Shown piece after piece: positions 1 through 12,639 of a DNA stretch of 64,000 bases (position 1 is its first letter; every line of letters begins with the position of its first letter). Origin of the DNA: Eledone cirrhosa (Eukaryota); NCBI GenBank assembly GCA_964016885.1, contig OZ024745.1, forward strand, positions 36,642,001 to 36,706,000, in the 5' to 3' direction. Both the position numbers and the translations under genes were made by a program. The notes under the pieces were generated by a model, which worked only from the letters and a program-made list of their open reading frames with translations, ran no database searches and was not told where the DNA came from.

Positions 1-133
1 ACTTTACACTTACGTATAGATTTGCTTGAATATTTTACATCGTTGGATACCGGGTTCGGTTATTCTATTAATTATTAAAGACTATTTACTTTTATTTATT
101 TAATTGTATTCATTTTTATATGTACAAATAACT

Positions 134-136
<3 letters not shown>

Positions 137-232
<96 letters not shown>
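137..232. repeat. (CT)n microsatellite
   Basis: Nearly pure CT dinucleotide run. Confidence 0.95.
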
Positions 233-536
233 ACTCTAACCATCTAACCATATATATATGGTTAGATCGATATATATGTATGTATGAATGTATTTGGTAG
301 TGAACTGAATAATATATTACTAAAATGTTCTTTGTCGTTTGAATCTACTAGAGCTTTCATCTTTCACGGAAAACGTGGTCTTGTGTCGGAATAAATTCCT
401 TTATAATGTTTTTCCTATTTTCTCTCGGTACTGCGGATCATCAGTTAAACTTTTAACTACTCTTGCAATAACACCTAAATTTAAGTCTATTGCGATTGAT
501 GAAAGTACTAATTTTATACTATATATATTTGCAACA

Positions 537-703
537 GTGGATTGACCGCATTGGTAGAACGTCGGACAAAATGCTTTGTGGTATTCAGTTACAACTTTCT
601 ATGTTCTGAGTTCAAATCCTGGGAAGGTATTCTTTGCCTTTCATAAATTCTTGGGTCGATAAAATAAAGAACCAGTTTAGTACAGGGGTTGATAAGATTG
701 ACT
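537..703 (+). mobile_element. tRNA-derived SINE, diverged copy of the main family
   Basis: B box GAGTTCAAATCC and core TTTGCCTTTCAT...GGGTCGATAAAATAAAG shared with the copy at 29862. Confidence 0.75.
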
Positions 704-937
704 TTTTTATACATTACTACTACTACTACTAGTACTGCTGCTCCTGCTGCTGCTGCTGCTACTACTACTACTCTAACAAATATATTAAAATCAACAACAT
801 TTAGGATAAAAATAATACTATATATATATATAGATATATATATAGTATTATTTAGTTAGTAGTAGTAGTAGTAGTAGTAATAGTAGTAGCAGCAGCAGTA
901 GTAATAGTAGTAGTAGTAGTAGTAGTAGTGTATAAAA

Positions 938-1142
938 TCGGTCGGTGTCAGAATCTTTAGAATGTCGGAGAGAATATGCCTTAAGTCCTTTTACGTTACG
1001 TTCAGAAATCAAAATTCCGCCTCAGTCGATTTGTCCTTTTATCCGGCTATAGAGAAATGAAGAACCTCTGTAAGGCTGGGAAGTAAATCAATCGATTATA
1101 TCCACTCCTCTATAAATGTGTTATCTTGTGCCAATGTAAGAA
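938..1142 (+). mobile_element. Highly diverged SINE of the main family
   Basis: Remnants CAGAATC..TAGAATGTCGGA, GTCGATTTGTCCTTTTATCC and CTTGTGCCAATGTAAGAA follow the family layout. Confidence 0.5.
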
Positions 1143-1761
1143 CTCAGTGATGCTTATACCGACTTTATAGTCTCTCCCGGCTTTTGCTTTCTCTGGAGTT
1201 AGATTCTCGCCATTCCTTGCCAATAAACGCGCCTTTATTTTCTTGGCCTTTGTCATTAAACCACATATATTTCTATGTTCCTCTAAACGTTAACACTGTA
1301 ACATCTTCACTCTTATTCCTATCTCGTAATAAAATGTATACATTTCACAATCTTAGCTTTGACTACTTCAATTTTGTCATTTTATTTTTTTTATTCAATC
1401 ACCAAACTATTCCCTTTACAGAATATCATATAGTTCAATATTGCCACTGGCATTTCAGGATTGCCATTTATTCCTTGTTCTCTATTAATAAACTACAATA
1501 ACTCCTTTGAGATCCTACATCTCTCGAATGTCACTTTCAATTGGCTTTTCTTGTAAATAGAGGTTCGCTTTACAAAAGCTAACATGTCACCGTATTTAGG
1601 TGAAGTCGACAGAAGAATAATACAAACCAAAATCAAGATAAACAATATTAACGAAAAATATTCTTCATTATATTTTTCTTTTTTCTAGCAGATGAAGCTC
1701 TTCAAATCACATTCTACTTTCTTTTTGAATGGACATGACCAAATTAGCATTCTTTGAATGG

Positions 1762-1806
<45 letters not shown>

Positions 1807-1849
1807 TATATGTGTGTATATATATATGTGTGTGTATATATATATATTT

Positions 1850-1945
1850 AATATTGTAAATATACTCCAAATATTTGTCGAGTGCTTTTATATCAGTTAT
1901 AAATATTTACTAGTTGTAACCCAACAATTTTAAATATAACTTTAC
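1850..1945 (+). mobile_element. 3'-terminal fragment of short (TA)n-embedded family A
   Basis: ATATTGTAAATATACTCCAAATATTTGTCGAGTGCTTT...CCCAACAA..TAAATATAAC matches 56911-57011 and the reverse complement of 49268-49330; flanked by (TA)n. Confidence 0.7.
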
Positions 1946-1989
1946 ATATATATATATATATATATATGTGTGTATATATATATATATAT

Positions 1990-2071
<82 letters not shown>

Positions 2072-3042
2072 GTAAGTTGAACGCTTTTATCTATTCTAGT
2101 TCGATTTATTTATAGTCATTGCAGCTCTGTCCATTTTATATATACAATTAATTATCAAGTGCTGGTGTGCGTTGATGTTCTCGCTATTTCACTCACTGCC
2201 TCCGTCTCTCTCGCTCTCCCCATTTCTCACTAGTATAAGCAAATGGGAGCCCACGCGCTGGCCACTCCACAGACCTGGCGGACAACATAGAGAAGGCGTT
2301 TCCCCAAAGGATATTGAAGCAGACGCCTTGGAGGAGCCATACCAGCTCGCAAGGCTCACATTTGTGGGTAGCCAACTACGTGCCGATGGTGGTGGTGAGG
2401 GAGGTGGTCCTAGGGCTAAGGACACAAGAAGTCTCCACTGCTACGGGCAACCTACAAGATAAAGTGTGAAGCGATTTTGGATAAGGAAGTCAGGACCAGG
2501 TAAACAGATACTATTGCATCCATATTCATAGAACTGCCTTAGCAAACTGAGGACATTGAGACAGAGTTCCTTGTGTGGTTCCCTTGAGTAATTGGCCTTA
2601 AGGATTTTTTATATATATGTATATGTGTGTGGGGGGGGGGGGGGGGATTTTCATCGTTATAGCCAGGTTTTCCCTGTGTACTCACAGCGTCATCTGATGA
2701 CACTGTCAGCACATAGTGGAAAATTCAGAGGAACAGAATTCAAATTAATAAAGCATACATGTATATGTGTGTCCCTGTGTGCTTGCGAATGTATGTGTGT
2801 CTGTGTGAATGTATGTGTGTGTGTGTGTGTGTGTGTACGTATGTGTTGTAACGTTTACTGTTTATTTATATCTCGTAACGTTGCGGTTCGACAAATAAAT
2901 ATCGATAAAATAAGTAATAGACTAAAAAAGTATAATGCACTAAAACGCCTTAAACCCGGTGTTCAGCCTGGCCGCTCGCAGTTTAATGATTGTATCCAAT
3001 AAAAGAATAAAAGATCACAAAAATATTAGATTACAATGATAA

Positions 3043-3112
3043 AAGAATACAAGAATACAAGAATACAAGAATAAAAGAATACAAGAATAAAAGAATACAA
3101 GAATACAAGAAT
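3043..3112. repeat. 8-bp tandem repeat (AAGAATAC/AAGAATAA)
   Basis: About 8-9 adjacent copies. Confidence 0.9.
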
Positions 3113-3660
3113 AGTCTGAGCTGCTGACCTTCATTTTTACTTGCAGCAAGATTAAAAAGTTCTTTGCAAGTTCCCAAGTCTTTAATATTTCAATATTTCA
3201 CGGTAACCTATATTTTATGGGGGAGATATCCAGAGGGAATATTGAACGATATCAACAATTAATAATTAACAATTCCTTGTAAACATTGATAATTTAGTTC
3301 AATTTTAAACCCCAGATTGCTGATCGATTATTTTTTCTGATTGCATTACATTTTCTTTCTAATCAAAATAAAATCGATGTAGTGCTATTGTTATTGTTAT
3401 TGTAAATATTTTTGTTATTGTTCGTTTACTTGTCTTAGTTGTTGTTGTTGCTGTTGTTGTTGTTGTCGTTTCACCACAGGTCATTCCTCATTGAGTAGAC
3501 ATGTATAAGGCAATCGATCTGACTTGGGACCATCATGTTTGTAGGGGGCAGCTTATTTAATGAATGTTTTTCGTGTGTCGTTATTTTTTAAACTGTAAAA
3601 CGGGATTTCAGGAAATTGTGTTGTTATTTCTGTGTAAAATGTGACATATATATAATAAAG

Positions 3661-3791
<131 letters not shown>

Positions 3792-4576
3792 ATAAATATA
3801 TATATATATATATTTATATATATATGTGGGTGTGTATGTGTGTATATATATATATATATTTATGGAGGAGGTTATAGTTCACTTGAAGCATTGTGTAATG
3901 AGGTATAAACGTTTGTAGTTGTAAGACCAAAACAATGCAGGTATGGATATAGCATATAAATGCGAATGCAAAAGATATTGTTGACAATTAGTCTTTTCCC
4001 TTAAATTTATTTAAATATCCTTTCTCTTCTTCGGAGGGAAGTAAAGTGGTTAATCCAGCGTTCTAAATAGCTTGCCAAGTCATGCTGACAGGAAATGGTA
4101 TAGAGATTCCATTCCATCTCTAATGTCAAAGAGTGAAGGTTAGGTGGATAAAGAGTAGTCTCCCTTAAAAGGGGTTTTGTACATGTATGTTTAAGTGTGT
4201 GGGAGAATACGTGAAGGCGTAAGTATGCGTGTGTGTGTGTGAGTGTGAGAAGATATGTCTATACGTAAATGTGGGGGCTAGATGCTCTATCATGTTAAAA
4301 CTGGTCTTTGTGTGTGTATGTGTGTGTGTGTGAGATAGAATAAGTGGAGGTGTAAGCGTGTGTGTCTGTGTGCGTGTGCGTGTGTGTAAGATGGGGGGGT
4401 GTAAGTGTAGGACTAGGTGCTCTATCAAGTTATAAATTGGGTGTTGAGTTCTAGTCTATTATCGATTGGTGGTTGTGTTTTGTCTATAATCAGTGCTTCC
4501 TTAATTCTAAGATTGCCGAGGTTTCTTTCCTTAGTTTCTATCCTAACTGTTATGTTTTTGTCGGTGTTTTTGCAAA

Positions 4577-4703
4577 AACAGTTAGGATAGAAACTAAGCA
4601 AAGAAACCTCATCAATCTTAGAATTAAGGAAGCACTGATTATAGACAAAACCCAACCACCAATCAATAATAGACTAGAACTCAACACCCAATTTATAACT
4701 TGA
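4577..4703 (+). pseudogene. C-terminal fragment of a PLE GIY-YIG endonuclease; mirror copy on - strand at 4425-4551
   Basis: NLRIKEALIIDKTQPPINNRLE resembles the PLE GIY-YIG terminal motif (L/R.I.EAL.I....P.LN). Confidence 0.7.
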
Positions 4704-5107
4704 TAGAGCACCTAGCCCTATACTTACACCTCCCTCTAACACACACGCACACGCACACACACAGACACGTTTACACCACCACTTATTCTCTCTCACACAC
4801 ACACATACATACACAAAGACCAGTTTTAACATGATAGAGCATCTAGCCCCCACATTTACGTATAGACATATCTTCTCACACTCACACACACACACACACA
4901 CACGAATAGTTACGCGTTCACGTATTCTCCCACACACTTAAACATACATGTACAAAACCCCTTTTAAAGGGAGACTAATCTTTATCCACCTAACCTTCAC
5001 TCTTTGACATTAGAGATAGAATGGAATATCTATACCATTTCCTGTCAGCATGACTTGGCAAGCTATTTAGAACGCTGGATTAACCACTTTACTTAAAAGA
5101 ATCCCCA

Positions 5108-5150
5108 GTCACTGAAGAGGTCACAGAATGTGTAACGAAAGAACTTTGAC
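5108..5150 (+). ncRNA. Degenerate minimal type I hammerhead ribozyme
   Basis: GTCA-CTGAAGA-GGTCACAGAATGTGTAAC-GAAA-GAAC-TT-TGAC. Stem I is GTCA/TGAC, core boxes are present, stems II and III are imperfect. Confidence 0.6.
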
Positions 5151-5234
5151 AATATATGAACAACCGTCCGGGTGTGGAACCAACCAACCAACTGGAAATT
5201 TATAAATTCTTAAATTTATAAATTTAATTTATAA

Positions 5235-5359
5235 TAAATTGGAGTGAAAGCAACTGGTGCGTGTGTTTCTTATTGGCAACATGACCCTCCCAAAGCATAA
5301 CAATATAGGTTTCAACACACGTTTTCAGATAAAGAATCTTGCTAAAGAAATTCAGAAAC

Positions 5360-5362
<3 letters not shown>
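5235..5362 (+). mobile_element. Isolated 3' end related to the PLE at 37162-38665
   Basis: ATGACCCTCCCAAAGCATAACAATATAGGTTTCAACACACGTTTTCAGATAAAGAATCTTGCTAAA aligns with the reverse complement of 37165-37245; runs into (TA)n. Confidence 0.7.
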
Positions 5363-5431
<69 letters not shown>

Positions 5432-5432
5432 T

Positions 5433-5518
<86 letters not shown>

Positions 5519-5653
5519 TCTTTATTAAAGCGAAACTCCATGGTGACAAGACTCACCATTTAGCCTTAATAGAAAAAATATCAAAACTTTACTTCGGTGT
5601 TGAGTATTCCTTTCTTCACGCCTCAACCACATAACGCGGACACACACACACAT

Positions 5654-5791
<138 letters not shown>

Positions 5792-5793
5792 AT

Positions 5794-5958
5794 ATTAAAA
5801 TAACAGATTAACGTTTAAACAAAGAATCGCTGCTTTCACCCTTAACGGGATCTTCTGAAACTAAAAAAAATCAATCTTTGAACGCAGAAGTAAATATTTG
5901 ATATATATTTATCCTTATCGAGCCCTCTTTGGATTTTAGTCTTCAAATTTATTATTAT

Positions 5959-5961
<3 letters not shown>
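5794..5961. mobile_element. Short (TA)n-embedded family B
   Basis: TAACAGATTAA.GTTTAA.CAAAGAATCGCTGCTTTCACCCTTAAC and CCTTATCGAGCCCTCTTTGGATTTTAGTCTTCA recur at 48728-48902; the first block also recurs at 49592-49648. Confidence 0.75.
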
Positions 5962-6038
<77 letters not shown>

Positions 6039-6367
6039 ATAGAGGTGTAATACACAAGTTATTATATATTGGTAAACGGAATAGAAAATGCTGACAAATT
6101 GTTCACAGTGAAAAATAGTTTAATTAGGAATAAGTTAGAATTAGTAATTAGTAATTGTATTGGTTAGTGTTCAGTTTTGGTTTTAAGTTTTACCGGTTGC
6201 GTATTTCTAATGCTTTTCAAAAATTATTTTGAGATAGAGCCTCCGTGATGTTTGCTCTGATCTGATTAGTTTTGGGAATTCTACCTGTTTTTATGTTAAA
6301 AAAGTGGCTCCAGCGGTATTAAAATAAATTTTGCGCCAATTCGTGTTGCATCCTCCAGAACATCCCT

Positions 6368-6910
6368 GTGTTGAAAAAGGACCATAGAATGAACCAAATC
6401 CTACAAACACACGATATCATAAAGAGCAAAAGACAATCTAAGTCAATGAAAAACATCCTGACATATGCCAAAGTAGTGCCAACCACAACAACGAAACCCA
6501 CAGTAAAAAAATGCGATAGACCCAACTGTGGCATTTGCATCAACCTAATAGAGGGTTCGGAATTCTATTTCAAAGAAGGACAACGTTTTATAGTAAAACA
6601 CAATTTCACATGTGCATCGGAAAATCTAATATATGTATTAACTTGCTCAGGTTGTCGAGAACAATACATAGGCCAGACCAAAAACTGCCTCCGCCAACGC
6701 ATGACTGTCCATAGATCCCAAATTAAAATACGGGAATACAGGAAAATACCACTGAGTGAACACATTGATACCTGTGCCGCCCAAAATCATCCCAACTTCA
6801 CAATCATTCCCCTCTATAAATTTAAAGATAATGCCACTCACACCCAGCGCATCAGCAAGGAATCTTACTTTATTAACAAATACGGACCCCGTCTAAACAC
6901 TTCTCCCTAA
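6368..6910 (+). CDS. PLE Cys-rich linker plus GIY-YIG endonuclease, no RT
   Basis: CDRPNCGIC; FTCASENLIYVLTCSGCREQYIGQT..LRQRMTVH; RISKESYFI..YGPRLN. These are the GIY/YIG boxes, conserved R/H/E/N and the zinc-binding Cys/His pattern of PLE endonucleases. Confidence 0.88.
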   Translation: MLKKDHRMNQILQTHDIIKSKRQSKSMKNILTYAKVVPTTTTKPTVKKCDRPNCGICINLIEGSEFYFKEGQRFIVKHNFTCASENLIYVLTCSGCREQYIGQTKNCLRQRMTVHRSQIKIREYRKIPLSEHIDTCAAQNHPNFTIIPLYKFKDNATHTQRISKESYFINKYGPRLNTSP

Positions 6911-7124
6911 GACGAACCCACAACATACACACGTCAACATACATACCTACATCAGCACACATCTCTACCAACATATAAACACAATGACATACGTAAACAC
7001 ACATGTTCTATGGTACAACACAAATATACACAAATTTGCATACCTTTTGATGTCTATATATATATAAACGTGCCGACACACACACATACATAAACGCACA
7101 CATGCATTGCACACTGATGGGCAC

Positions 7125-7572
7125 ATACATTTTTGTGTACATGTATTCCAATACAGCAAAGCCTAATGAATTCCCCTTGCAGTACGTGCAATCTGGACAC
7201 ACTCCAGATACATATTTGTACACAGGTATACAATTTCTGGACACACTCCAGATACATGTGTGCAATTTGTGCACAGGTGTACAGTTTGTGCACGGGTATA
7301 CAATTTCTGGACACACTCCAGATACATATTTGTGCCCAGGTATTCCAATACGGCAAGGCCTTACAATCTGTACACACTCCAGATACATATTTATGCACAG
7401 GTATACAATTTCTGGACACACTCCAGATACATGTGTACAGTTTGTGCACAAGTGTACGGTTTGTGCACAGGTATACAATTTCTGGACACACTCCATATAC
7501 ATATTTGTGCACAGGTATTCCAATACGGCAAGGCCTAAGGGATCCCCTTTCAGTACGTACAATCTGGACACA
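7125..7572 (+). repeat. Irregular minisatellite in the PLE 3' region
   Basis: Repeated blocks CAGGTATACAATTTCTGGACACACTCCAGATACAT, TTTGTGCAC and GTATTCCAATACGGCAAGGCCT. Confidence 0.9.
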
Positions 7573-7833
7573 CACACACACTCATACACACCTTGGTATT
7601 ATGCCAATACTATACTATATATCATTTCACACCTTTTATTATTAAGGTTTTTGATGTTCTATTGAGAGAATCGTTTTTACTGAAAATATCGAATAATGTA
7701 CACCATTTTACCAGGAAAAAAATACTGGTCCACCCACACACACACACACACACATTCTCACACACACACACACACACACACACACGCATATATATATACA
7801 CACACATACACACAGGTACATTAACATACAAAG

Positions 7834-7895
<62 letters not shown>

Positions 7896-8136
7896 ACACA
7901 CACACACACACACACTTCTCCGTATAAGACAAGAGCTGAAGAATACCTTTTAACCTGTTAAAATGTCTCCCACTCACTTACAGACACATTCCTACTGACC
8001 ATCCCTGTACCACGAATTACTCTGCTACACACACACACACACACTTGTCTTAATAGGCATTTGAACTGTCAACAGGCTGCGGTTCGCACACACAACCCTG
8101 CTGACCATTATCACAACAACGAACACTTTACTACTA

Positions 8137-8182
<46 letters not shown>

Positions 8183-8580
8183 TTGTTGTGAAAGAGTCAT
8201 TTCTCAGTCAGCCGACACAAACCTACATTTGGCGCAGAATCAATTTTTTTACATTCACATGATCTACCGACCAATCAAAATTGTTTTGACCACAAGAATT
8301 TTTGCAACACGAATTGGCGCAAAATTTATTTTAATACCGCTGGAGCCACTTTTTTAACATAAAAACAGGTAGAATTCTCAAAACTAATCAGATCAGAGCA
8401 AACATCACGGAGGCTCTATCTCAAAATAATTTTTGAAAAGCATTAGAAATGCGCAACCTGTAAAACTTAAAACCAAAACTGAACACTAATCAATACAATT
8501 ACTAATTACTAATTCTCACTTATTCCTAATTAAACTATTTTTCACTGTGAACAATTTGTCAGCATTTTCTATTCCGTTTA

Positions 8581-8635
<55 letters not shown>

Positions 8636-9768
8636 CACTAAATATGTTGACTAATTGGGGATGCGTATGCAACACACCAATCAGTGAATAATGATGCAAT
8701 TCCATTTAAACACTCAGCATCATGCATTTTCTTCTAAATATTATTTGTTAGTAACGGATTATATGTAGAACAAGGAAAATGCGAAGTTCAGTGTATATGT
8801 TTAAAACTCCTTTATTGACAAAGCTGTGGTACATATTTCAATGGCGATCGTGTTTACGTGATGGTTCAATTTCTGTCCGTTCCCGTATCTTTAGATGGGA
8901 TTGCCTCGGAAACGTAACCTTGTTACATAAGATGCTGTTTGATGATACCGTGGTTGTGTGATTGAATCATCTCGTCTGCACGATTGTCATTGAAATATGA
9001 ATCACAGTTTTTTTAATAAAGTATTTTTAAACATCTACATTCAACTTCGCATTTTCCTCATTCTATATACATATATGTGTGTGTGTGTGTGTTTGTATGT
9101 GTTTGTATGTGTATGTGTGTGTGTGCGCGTGTGTGTGTTGTTTTGTATGTGTGTGTGTATGTATCTGTCACTTTCTCTGTTTATATTCCGTAATCTGTTT
9201 CGTCAATAGAAATCTACAAAATAAGTACCAGGCATGGTTCGTTATAGTTGACTTTAAAACATGAACGGAGTGAAATTACTGGAATCAGTAACAGAACAAA
9301 GGAAAACAGAATCTTATGCATGCTTACATATATCATTTGAGGAATTAGTGTAATGAGATATAACAATGTACAAATCTAGGTATAAAATAGGTGTTAAAAA
9401 TGCCATCATCAGTAAGAGTAATTTTACAGTGGTGTCACTTGCACGAAAAATAGCAGTCACGTATTAGAAAGAAAGTGCTTCTTCATTGGGTCATGGGACT
9501 CATATTAATGATTGGTGAGAGTTGTTAATGAATTACTAATGCAAGAAATTATTAAAGTCTTGAAAGAAGCCATTGTTTTTCATGAAACGGAATTAGAAAA
9601 CGATTCCCCTCGTCAATAGAAAAATTGTTATTTGGTGTTGTATAATTTCAATAGAGATTTAACGAGGAAAGGGGAATGTCGTGTGATTAATGTGTAGTAA
9701 ACTTTGCTTTATATCTTTACTATATGAGAGTTCGATTCACGGGCATGCATTTGATTCCCAGAGATACG

Positions 9769-9846
<78 letters not shown>

Positions 9847-10310
9847 CGTTATCCCAATATAACTGCTGATAAAAGAGAGTTGTACCTGGAAATCAGGAAC
9901 AATCTTACTGTGTCTATGTCGCATATCCCCAAGAATCTAGTTAAAGGCACAGGTGTCTAGGTCAAACAACTTGAACACTCTTCATAGAATGCAACATTGA
10001 TTCAACAATAACATATTTACTGGATTGATGAGAAAGGATTATCTAACTATGGTAAAATATAATAAATACGATGCTGAAAGTAATATCCAGACAGTAACAT
10101 TTCAAAATAAAGCATTTTTATTAATTTCAATAGCTGATTTACAAAACACGTTCCACAGTTCAACACCAACCTCAACCTCAAAGTACTCTCTAGAAGAGGA
10201 TGCGCTGCATAATGTGCTCCGAGATAGACTGTAAATATAGCGAGAAGGCCATGGCTAGAATGCCTTTTATTGTGGGTTTTCCCGATCAAAGCAGACATGG
10301 GACTAAATAA

Positions 10311-10530
10311 TTTTTAATTCAGGCACAAGGCCATCTATCAATTGAAGGGTGAAAAACCGATTGAATTGACTCTAGTACGTTATTGCTCCTGGATTTTATC
10401 GATCCCAGAAGGATATAGAAGAAAAGTTGACTTTAATGGCATTTGACCTCAGAACGTAAAGAGCCAGAAAAAACACCGCAAAACAATTTGTCCGACGCAC
10501 TAATAATTTTGCCAATCAACCACCCTAAGC
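10311..10530 (-). mobile_element. SINE of the main family
   Basis: Reverse-strand layout GGCACAAGGCC...TTTATCGATCCC...GTTGAC...ATTTGACCTCAGAACGTAAA...TTTGCCAATC. Confidence 0.75.
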
Positions 10531-11846
10531 TTCGGACTGAATAATAATAGCAAAAATGGCATATATATATATATATACCTTGAGTGTCTTACCCCGTTTA
10601 TCATCAACCGCTTAGAGACAGCCCGTATTTAAATTTTAAAATCTTTATCAAAATCTCATAAATCATAACATGAGTTTGTCAAGACCAACATAATACAAAC
10701 CAATACATATATTTTACTAAAACCTTTGCTCAACTGGAAATTAATAGAAACGCATAAGCAATCTACTCATTAGAAATGTTGCCACGAAAGGGTTAAGCGT
10801 TGCTCACTCCTAGGATCGATGCTATCATTAAAATCAACTAGGCAGCCACCTAGAGCGCAAATCTCAGAAAGGCACATCACTGAACTTTGTGTGATCAAAG
10901 TATTCTATACATTTGTGTTATTGATATAAATGTACAATAGTTTTCTTCGATCAATAAAAATATCGTAGAGTTACGGAAATATCCAGAGCGGGAAAGAATA
11001 ACATGTTACAACATTTGGCGTCGGTGAGTGTGGACAATGTAGTGGGGAAATATAGGCCTTGTAATTTTCTTAGTATGATCAGAGCAAGATGTTTCAAAAA
11101 ATTAGTTTCATAAAATGATTTTAGTTGAGAGAATGGGGCGATTAACTGGAGAAGGGGCGTACATTCTAGAACTAGCCTAACGCATTAACGCCCTGACACT
11201 CGCTCTGTGTCACTCGGTTGCAGGAATTTCGATCAAGTCTTCTGATAGCCCGTTCTCACGTTTCCCAGCTAGCATTGACTTGCAGATGCTGAGGCTATAC
11301 CTCAACATCAATCTTACGAGTTTGGAAGACAGGAGAGGGGCTGGTTCATTGCCAGTTCCTTCATAGTCTAACTGATAAAAACAATGGACTTATTATTTAA
11401 ATTTTTTCTTAATTCCATTTTATTCAGCGAAACTACAAAAGAACTGCAGTTTGCTTCTCTAGAAACATTGCCAACTTTCAGAACAATCTAGAACTGTTCA
11501 CAGAACTTAAATACAACTTTCCCTCATAAAAACATAATGTTTCATTTCTTTCTACAGATATTTTGTTTCAATTTTTAAACTCACACGTATGCATACGAAC
11601 ATCATCATATACAGACATATAGTTGTAGACATTTTCACGTATACGCGCATCCCTCTCACACTTTCCCTCTCTCTCACACACACACACACACAAACGTGCA
11701 CACATGAACACAAGTTAGTGTACGGACACTTAAAGTTTTAAACTGATGTTTTATATTCTTTTGTTTTATATTTCTTCTAAATAAATGTATTAAAATTCTC
11801 TGATCACGCGCGCGCACACACACTCACCCACATACATGCAGATACA

Positions 11847-11891
<45 letters not shown>

Positions 11892-11903
11892 GTGTGTGTG
11901 TGT

Positions 11904-12045
<142 letters not shown>

Positions 12046-12639
12046 ATATCCATATTTACACAAAATATCTATATGCAAGGATATGTACATGTGAGAGCAG
12101 GTATGTATTTACACAAAGTTGTACGTGTTCTATACAAGATATATGTGCACTATATTTGTAATATACTTACTAGTTCCATGAACTCGTATCAATTGCTAAA
12201 ATAACCATAATCTGAAATATTTTATATATTGGTACAAGTTAATGAAAAAGTAATGGTTTATAGTGGAATGGTGAATTTTATGTATAAGTTATAACACTCC
12301 GTATTTTCACCTTCAGCATGTATTATCATTGCAATTCTTTACATAGCATCTATTTATATTGACGAAATTACACCAAGAAATCACTTCCACTTCAGCTACA
12401 CCACATTCTACATGGCAGTAGTGTGTCTGTGAAAAGTTAACTCTCATACTGAATAAACAATAGCATCAGATTTGATGCGCCATAGTTTTAACTCCGATAG
12501 TATGATATTAAGAAAGACGATCATCAGTGTTCAACAAGTAACTTTCTTTTTTTCCCGTCTCTACATTAACGTGTTGAAAGTGCTTTGGAGCACTGGTTCT
12601 TTCTTAGTCCCTTCACATTACCGATTCAGAAAGAGAGGG

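Larger units (their letters stand above)
4039..5225 (+). mobile_element. 5'-truncated Penelope-like element with a ~510-bp inverted duplication (fold-back)
   Basis: Arms 4039-4551 and 4577-5094 are diverged reverse complements around a ~25-nt spacer. The right arm encodes a GIY-YIG C-terminus and is followed by a hammerhead-like motif. Confidence 0.8.
6063..8590 (+). mobile_element. 5'-truncated PLE (Neptune-like) bounded by ~288-bp inverted repeats
   Basis: 6063-6350 is the reverse complement of 8303-8590 (about 5 mismatches). Internal GIY-YIG ORF; (TA)n on both sides. Confidence 0.85.

Noticed and set aside
14-474. Possible minus-strand exons (14-64 and ending at 474)
   Set aside because: Weak acceptors, an in-frame stop in the longer one, and no recognisable protein.
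2172-2600. GC-richer stretch with ORFs; weak resemblance to a Tx1 ORF2 C-terminus (VPMVVVREVV)
   Set aside because: Too degenerate to assign, and the ORFs have no recognisable domain.
2690-2730. Hammerhead-like CTGATGA-CACTG...TAGTG-GAAA-AT-TC
   Set aside because: Stem II pairs, but stem I is absent and stem III is too short; could be chance.
7125-7572. CRISPR-like repeat-spacer array
   Set aside because: The spacers recur and are related to the repeat, the context is eukaryotic, and there are no cas genes.
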